Of a DNA stretch of 25,856 nucleotides, positions 20,991 through 25,856 are shown in pieces. How positions within the stretch are numbered: the stretch's first letter is position 1; each line of letters opens with the position of its first letter. A program made the translations under genes and the position numbers. Source of the DNA: a virus. Lineage: Duplodnaviria; Caudoviricetes. The stretch lies in the IMG/VR virus record IMGVR_UViG_3300037863_000023, positions 1-25,856 of that record; one strand, 5' to 3'. The notes under the pieces are model-generated. The model was not told the DNA's origin. It saw only the letters and a list, made by a program, of their open reading frames with translations, and ran no database searches.

Positions 20991-22441
20991 GCTGGGAGCA
21001 TCTTGTCAGAGCGGGAGTTGACGGCGACTTTGCCCTTGCCCACGGTCTTGCTGCGATTCTTCTGGATACGAGCCATCATGGCGTAGAGTTTACGTGCGCC
21101 AGCGTCTGTCGAACCGTTGCCGATTTCCGACACAATACGCGAAGGTAAAACAAATTCTCCGTCGGCTAAACGTGCAGGCTGCTTGTCGCCAATGCTGGCG
21201 GGGATACTATCACTCACGCCGTCACCTGAACCCCGCAGAAGCTGCCCACCATCTGAGTAACCGCCGAGATCCGACAAACCACCCTTGGCAAACTGCACCT
21301 GGCCCGTGTATGGGTCAACACCTGCATCTTGAGCGCCTGAGACCACGTTGCGTGAAATCGGCTGCTGGTATGGCGTAGCGTATGCGCCCGTCCGAAAATC
21401 AGACTGCGGGAACCCTGTGTTGGCTCCGATGGCGTTGGCGTTCGACATAGCTTCCACTGGACCGCCGTTGGCCATGTACCGCGGCTCACCGATACCCGGC
21501 ATGTTTGAGAGAATTCCGTCTTTGCCGTACTCTTTGCCCGGAGCTGCGTAAGGTTGCAGTGGGGTGTAAGAGTTCGTGAAGTACCTGCGCTCTTTAGACG
21601 ACATGGGCTCGCCGGGCGTGTCTTGGAACGCAGTTGGGATTTTAGTGCGGTTGTATTCGTAGGGGCGGATCAAGCCAGTGTCCGACTCGATCTTTTCAAA
21701 CGGTTCCGGCTGCATTGCACCCAGCGCCGAGATACCCGCTGCACCCAACTCCAGCTTGTTCTGCTTGGCGAAGTCCATGAACGCTTTGCTGTTGTCGGTA
21801 ATATTTCCGAGTCCTTCAAGCGATCGGGAAAGTGTGGGCGCGGGAGTGGTTGTTGGTGTAAAAAACTGCGTAGCGGGAGTGTAAGGTGCAGGCACGGTCG
21901 CTGCGGAGGGAATACCGATGTCTGCCAGCGTAGTTCCAGCAGTAGTTCCAGCAGTAGAAATTCCTGCGACTTGCGGCGCAGTAGAAATTCCTGCGACTTG
22001 CGGCGCAGTAGACTCAATACCCAAACTGGCTAAGTCGACACCGGCTGTGGGCACCGCCGCAGTGGTAGTACCGGCAATTGGGGCCGCAGCGGCGGACAAA
22101 CCCGTAGCCAAGCCCGCACCGCCGTAAGCACCGAGGCCCGCCATGAGACCTTTCTCCAGACTGCCAGAAGCCAGTGCCGTACCGCCGCCCAAAATACCTG
22201 CGGCCATCATCGGGTTTATTGCGCCGCCCGAGAAATACGTCATACCAGCGCCGATCACCATTGGGAGGATGGACGACAAAAAGCCTGCCTCTGGCAAGCC
22301 GGTCTCGGGGTTAATCGACAGGGAGCCGCCGTGGTGTTTGGCAAGCGCTTGCAGGCCCGCAACTTCTTGTGGGGCCATGTGGACTAACTGGGTGTCAGGC
22401 CCTCTACCGAGCGCGGCAAGTCCTTGTGCGGTTTGATTCAT
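20987..22441 (-). CDS. Putative internal virion protein (484 aa)
   Basis: N-terminal GRGPDTQLVH...INPETGLPEA, Gly/Ala-rich hydrophobic segment, C-terminal GSGDGVSDSIPA...LADGEFVLP domain resembling tape-measure C-terminal motifs. Confidence 0.75.
   Translation of the reverse strand: MNQTAQGLAALGRGPDTQLVHMAPQEVAGLQALAKHHGGSLSINPETGLPEAGFLSSILPMVIGAGMTYFSGGAINPMMAAGILGGGTALASGSLEKGLMAGLGAYGGAGLATGLSAAAAPIAGTTTAAVPTAGVDLASLGIESTAPQVAGISTAPQVAGISTAGTTAGTTLADIGIPSAATVPAPYTPATQFFTPTTTPAPTLSRSLEGLGNITDNSKAFMDFAKQNKLELGAAGISALGAMQPEPFEKIESDTGLIRPYEYNRTKIPTAFQDTPGEPMSSKERRYFTNSYTPLQPYAAPGKEYGKDGILSNMPGIGEPRYMANGGPVEAMSNANAIGANTGFPQSDFRTGAYATPYQQPISRNVVSGAQDAGVDPYTGQVQFAKGGLSDLGGYSDGGQLLRGSGDGVSDSIPASIGDKQPARLADGEFVLPSRIVSEIGNGSTDAGARKLYAMMARIQKNRSKTVGKGKVAVNSRSDKMLPA
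21930..22012. repeat. In-frame tandem duplications: 27 bp x2.3 (STAPQVAGI) and an adjacent 12 bp x2
   Basis: GCAGTAGAAATTCCTGCGACTTGCGGC at 21951 and 21978. GTAGTTCCAGCA at 21930 and 21942. Confidence 0.92.
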
Positions 22442-22469
22442 GTTTGCCTCTGAAAGCGGGGGTACTTGG

Positions 22470-22498
22470 ATGGTATCACGGGGCTACCTTTAGCACAA
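22470..22498 (-). promoter_or_regulatory. Putative internal sigma70 promoter for the ejection-protein operon
   Basis: Minus strand TTGTGC-17 nt-TACCAT with TG extension (TGaTACCAT), then GAGG SD before ATG 22441. Confidence 0.55.
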
Positions 22499-22790
22499 AC
22501 GAAGTTGTGTCATAGTAAACGTCACCGGGCTTGAGTTTGCCCGCTGCTTGGTCGACCTGTGTCGGCAAGCTAATTCGCAGACTTCCCGGCGATGTGGGGT
22601 CTGGCTGGCTAAAACTAAGCGCTGTTGTGATAAGACCGTTTACGTCCTGAGTTGCCGCCGCGATAGCGCCGGGGTTATCCAACTGGCTGAAGTACAGACG
22701 CAGGGTATTAAGCAGAGACTCCATAAACTGGCGGTCATACTCAACAGGCGGGGTGGGTAGGCGCGGCGCACGAAAAAGTGGATTACTCAT
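22476..22790 (-). CDS. Small putative tail-associated structural protein
   Basis: APRLPTPPVEYDRQFM...LRLYFSQLD N-terminus and GDVYYD C-terminus, directly downstream of the tail stabilisation gene. Confidence 0.65.
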   Translation of the reverse strand: MSNPLFRAPRLPTPPVEYDRQFMESLLNTLRLYFSQLDNPGAIAAATQDVNGLITTALSFSQPDPTSPGSLRISLPTQVDQAAGKLKPGDVYYDTTSFVLKVAP

Positions 22791-22792
22791 GT

Positions 22793-24766
22793 CTATTTAC
22801 GACCATCAGGCCGCACATCAATTCGCGGAACTCCTAGCTGCCAAGTAGTGCCAAGCGCGGTGGAGCCAACTTTGAAAGCCATCTGGCGTCCACGAACCCG
22901 AACAAAGACTTGCTCTGTGAACTGCTGCACGTTATATGTGCGCTGCCCTGCGTAGGACTGTGCGCTCACCACTGATGGATTGTTAGACTGTCCGTAGTTG
23001 GAGCCTGGAAACTGCCGGGGCCGAACCGTGAAGTCCAGCGCTGGGGCGTTGACCGTGGAGCCATCGAACGTAACGTCCGGGATGATGCGCGAAACAAACC
23101 CAAACGCATGCCCATCGCCTATATCGAAGTCAGAAGACTGAATAAACGCAGAGATTGGCGAAGGCGGGTTTGTGGTGCCGTCGTCCACCCCTTGCTCGTG
23201 ATACAGCAGCTGGGCACCGTACGTAGTAGCCATAGGCTGAACCCGAAGGGCACTGTCCAACCACGCGGTTCGCGCTAAGGTGCCGTAATACCAGATGCGC
23301 TCCAAGTAGTTATACACCACGTAGCGGTCGATGGTCGTGGAGTTGGCTGAGCAGTAATACCACCAGATCTCGTTGAAGCCTTCGTTTGTGCCTGCAAAGA
23401 ACTGGTAAGCCTGCGCCATATTTATGTTGCCATACACGTATTGGCGCACCGTGCAGGGGAGCGTTTCCACACGACCGGAGTACATGTAGAACTTGTCCGC
23501 ACCCATCCAGTAGGTGATGTTGTTGGCCGTGGTTACTGCGTTCGGGCCTACGATCGATAGGTTGTCTGCAAGAATTTGGAAGCCCCATACATACGGAGGG
23601 CCAAGGTATTGCATGGAGTACAGCGCGGCGTCTGTCCAAACCAGAATTTCCTGCCGCGACTGTATAACCGTGACGATGGATGACCCTTGGCTCAGTCGGT
23701 AGCTGCCCGCTTGATTTGTAATCGATGGGGTCCAAGTGGCGTAGCTCTCCTGCTCCGACCAGCGGATCTGCATGGGGTCCAGCGCAGTCGTAGCGTATAC
23801 GCCTGTCGGGTCGTTAGTGCCGAACGCAATCACAAAACGCGAGGCATCCGAGACCATAACGTGATTACATATCGACGGGCAAGTGCTATCCACTGAAGCC
23901 CCGCCAACCGTAGTCCCTGCTTCGATGACGACACCCCGATCAAAAATACTGGGATTGGCGTTGGTGTCCCAGTAGTACAACGCCCCGCCGCGTGGGCTGA
24001 ATATGAGGTTTTCTCCGAAGTTAGACTGACTCCAGAGCCGAAGCTGCGTGCCTAAACCGACGCCTGCCGGAGCAGGAGAGCCCCATCCCGTACTGGCAAA
24101 CCCTGTATTTATGCCGCCCCAACCGCCAGAACCCCAACCAACGCTTATCGTGTATGCGGCAGCGCCTGTCGTAATCTGATATTCCCCGATAACAGACGCT
24201 CCTCCATTACCGACATCCGCGCCGTTTGCTGCAACGCTAGAGACGACGGTGTATACGTTATTGTTTACAACTGTACGAACCTGAAATTCTGTATTGAGCA
24301 CCGTTGCTGTGATAGCACCCCCAAGGGACACTGCACCGCTATAAATAACAAAGTCGTCTGCCTGAGCGCCGTGTCCATTATCCGTCACCGTTAACACTGT
24401 GGATGCCGGGGTTGCGGCAAAGGTAACTTCGCCCGCTGCAGTTGTTAAGCGAATAGGCGTAATGTCGTAGAACTCGCCGCCGATGCCGTTCTGGATGTAG
24501 TACTTGAGGTTTGTGCCAACGCCAAGCAAGTTATACCCGGACAAGGAAACCCAGTTCCATAACGAGTTTGCCGTGCCCCAGAACGCGCCTGTGGGCGGCG
24601 GGAGTGTGCTACCGGACGGCCCCGTGTCTGCTACCCAGCCGCCAATCTTCTCTGCGGAACCTGATCGAAAGCGCACTTTGTCGCACTCAAACCAACCGCC
24701 CTCGTTGGCCAGCGTTGTCGATTCCCGGTTTACGCCCGGCCTAAACTGAAGTTTTTGTAGCGGCAC
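22793..24766 (-). CDS. Putative tail tubular/packaged-DNA stabilisation protein (P22 gp10 / T7 gp12-like position)
   Basis: GTG with AAGGAG SD. Beta-rich, Trp-rich 657 aa. GWFECDKVRFR N-terminus, IRWSEQE, VRVRGRQMAFKV...DVRPDGR C-terminus. Confidence 0.72.
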   Translation of the reverse strand: MPLQKLQFRPGVNRESTTLANEGGWFECDKVRFRSGSAEKIGGWVADTGPSGSTLPPPTGAFWGTANSLWNWVSLSGYNLLGVGTNLKYYIQNGIGGEFYDITPIRLTTAAGEVTFAATPASTVLTVTDNGHGAQADDFVIYSGAVSLGGAITATVLNTEFQVRTVVNNNVYTVVSSVAANGADVGNGGASVIGEYQITTGAAAYTISVGWGSGGWGGINTGFASTGWGSPAPAGVGLGTQLRLWSQSNFGENLIFSPRGGALYYWDTNANPSIFDRGVVIEAGTTVGGASVDSTCPSICNHVMVSDASRFVIAFGTNDPTGVYATTALDPMQIRWSEQESYATWTPSITNQAGSYRLSQGSSIVTVIQSRQEILVWTDAALYSMQYLGPPYVWGFQILADNLSIVGPNAVTTANNITYWMGADKFYMYSGRVETLPCTVRQYVYGNINMAQAYQFFAGTNEGFNEIWWYYCSANSTTIDRYVVYNYLERIWYYGTLARTAWLDSALRVQPMATTYGAQLLYHEQGVDDGTTNPPSPISAFIQSSDFDIGDGHAFGFVSRIIPDVTFDGSTVNAPALDFTVRPRQFPGSNYGQSNNPSVVSAQSYAGQRTYNVQQFTEQVFVRVRGRQMAFKVGSTALGTTWQLGVPRIDVRPDGRK

Positions 24767-24783
24767 GGTGGCTCCTTACGCGT

Positions 24784-25296
24784 TCATGCGATTATGTGGG
24801 CGGAGTGTGCCGTTACTTCTGCGACGCGTCGGCCCCAGCCTTTTCCAAAAGTGTCCCAAGTGGCTAGGTTTTTCAGGAACTCTAGCCGGGTGGCTTGGTA
24901 TGTGGCGATGAGATCGGCGACGAGGTGGCTCTGCACAGCCCGTAGTGTAGCAGGGCCGATGATGCCATCAGGAACAGCGCCTACAGCGCTTTGCAGCCAC
25001 TTCGCTGCACGGCTTGGGCCTGAGTTAACCGCAGCGTCAAAGACCACGTAATCAAGTCCTGCGGGCAAGTCGTCGCCTTTAATCTTGTCCCAGTATATCT
25101 GCTTGTACATTGGTCCGATCAGCTCCGGCGTAAGCGCCCGCATTTCGGCTTCATCAACTTCGCGGCCAATCCAGTTCTCCCAGACACGTTTTGTAACTCC
25201 GAGGTTCGTCATTCCGCCGGGGTCTTTTGGGTGATTGACAAAACCGCCCTCTGATTCAAGAACGTGGGCTAAAGCCGCGTCAAAGTTAATTCTCAT
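24784..25296 (-). CDS. Endolysin, glycoside hydrolase family 108 with peptidoglycan-binding domain
   Basis: SEGGFVNHPKDPGGMTNLGVT catalytic motif, FDAAVNSG, DGIIGPAT, FGKGWGRRV. Start at ATG 25296 coupled to the holin stop. Confidence 0.93.
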   Translation of the reverse strand: MRINFDAALAHVLESEGGFVNHPKDPGGMTNLGVTKRVWENWIGREVDEAEMRALTPELIGPMYKQIYWDKIKGDDLPAGLDYVVFDAAVNSGPSRAAKWLQSAVGAVPDGIIGPATLRAVQSHLVADLIATYQATRLEFLKNLATWDTFGKGWGRRVAEVTAHSAHIIA

Positions 25297-25703
25297 TTCT
25301 TGGCCTTCATGTCCATGATTTTTTCTAGCGTCCTGCCGCCAAAATAAAACGACATGACCAGCATACCCCACTGACCCAGCAGCGTAACGTAGGCTTCGTT
25401 GGCGTTGTGACCAAAAGCGGACATCATGGCAAACATGAAGTAACCGATGAAAATGGCGATCAGCGTCATGGGCCGGATGTTCTTGGATAGCCAGGAGTCG
25501 CTATTCATGTCGGCCTCCATGCGGCTGGTAAGGTTGCCCTGCTCCGTCTTGTAGAGGTCAGTCTCGTTAGCCATTTTTGCCAGCTCGCCGTCCTGCGCCA
25601 TCTTGGCCAGTTCCAACTGCGCAATTGCTTTGGCTTGTGGGTCGGGAATAAGTTTTTCAATCAGCTTGCTGCCGATACCGAGGAGTTCTGCTAGTGGAAA
25701 CAT
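25293..25703 (-). CDS. Holin (3TM, GTA-holin-like)
   Basis: GSKLIEKLIPDP, SDSWLSKNIRPM, two hydrophobic segments, SFYFGGRTLEK. Adjacent to the endolysin. Confidence 0.85.
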   Translation of the reverse strand: MFPLAELLGIGSKLIEKLIPDPQAKAIAQLELAKMAQDGELAKMANETDLYKTEQGNLTSRMEADMNSDSWLSKNIRPMTLIAIFIGYFMFAMMSAFGHNANEAYVTLLGQWGMLVMSFYFGGRTLEKIMDMKAKK

Positions 25704-25714
25704 GGTCAACCCTT

Positions 25715-25855
25715 TTAACATTTACCGCTGCACTGCTGGAGAGCTTCGTACACAAGCCAGCCAACCCCACCAAGCAAAGCAACAAACACAAGCAAGATCA
25801 AGCCGATGTTGGTGATCTCGTCAATTTCTTGTTTACGCCTTAGCTCGACCGCTTT
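25715..25855 (-). CDS. Partial membrane-anchored protein (C-terminal end only)
   Basis: KAVELRRKQEIDEITNIGLILLVFVALLGGVGWLVYEALQQCSGKC* has one TM helix and runs off the window edge. It is not in the ORF track. Confidence 0.7.
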   Translation of the reverse strand, partial: KAVELRRKQEIDEITNIGLILLVFVALLGGVGWLVYEALQQCSGKC

Positions 25856-25856
25856 G

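Noticed and set aside
25297-25371. Extended endolysin N-terminus as a signal/SAR sequence
   Set aside because: It overlaps the holin in another frame and is not hydrophobic. The ATGA-coupled start at 25296 fits GH108 proteins.

Overview
This window is about 26 kb of a tailed dsDNA bacteriophage genome with podovirus-like architecture. The gene families suggest a proteobacterial host, but that is inference. It has two converging arms. The + strand (1-11020) is an early/replication arm: small accessory genes, DUF3310-like, VRR-NUC, family A DNA polymerase (Leu at the E. coli 762 position), Cas4-like PD-(D/E)XK nuclease, a +1-frameshifted HNH gene, SNF2-like helicase, putative SSB, HTH protein and an AEP primase-DUF927 helicase fusion. 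The - strand (11017-25856) is a late arm: membrane protein, 3TM holin, GH108 endolysin, tail stabilisation/tubular protein, small tail protein, four probable internal/ejection proteins (the last a 1986-aa zincin+LPD38 polyvalent protein), and a 151-aa DDxxD isoprenoid-synthase-like gene embedded among them. The most notable observations are: (1) a DDxxD prenyltransferase/terpene-synthase-like gene translationally coupled to an ejection protein with a leader-like N-terminus, plus a [MFY]-[AS]-x-G-G motif shared by the ejection proteins, suggesting a virion protein processing/lipidation system; (2) three different structured RNA candidates, each directly behind a sigma70-type promoter and in front of a replication gene; (3) a decaying HNH locus (deletion relic plus frameshift); (4) a perfect (GCACCA)16 Gly-Ala microsatellite. 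No tRNA, rRNA, CRISPR array, integrase or transposase was seen. All family assignments come from motif recognition by eye, not database searches.
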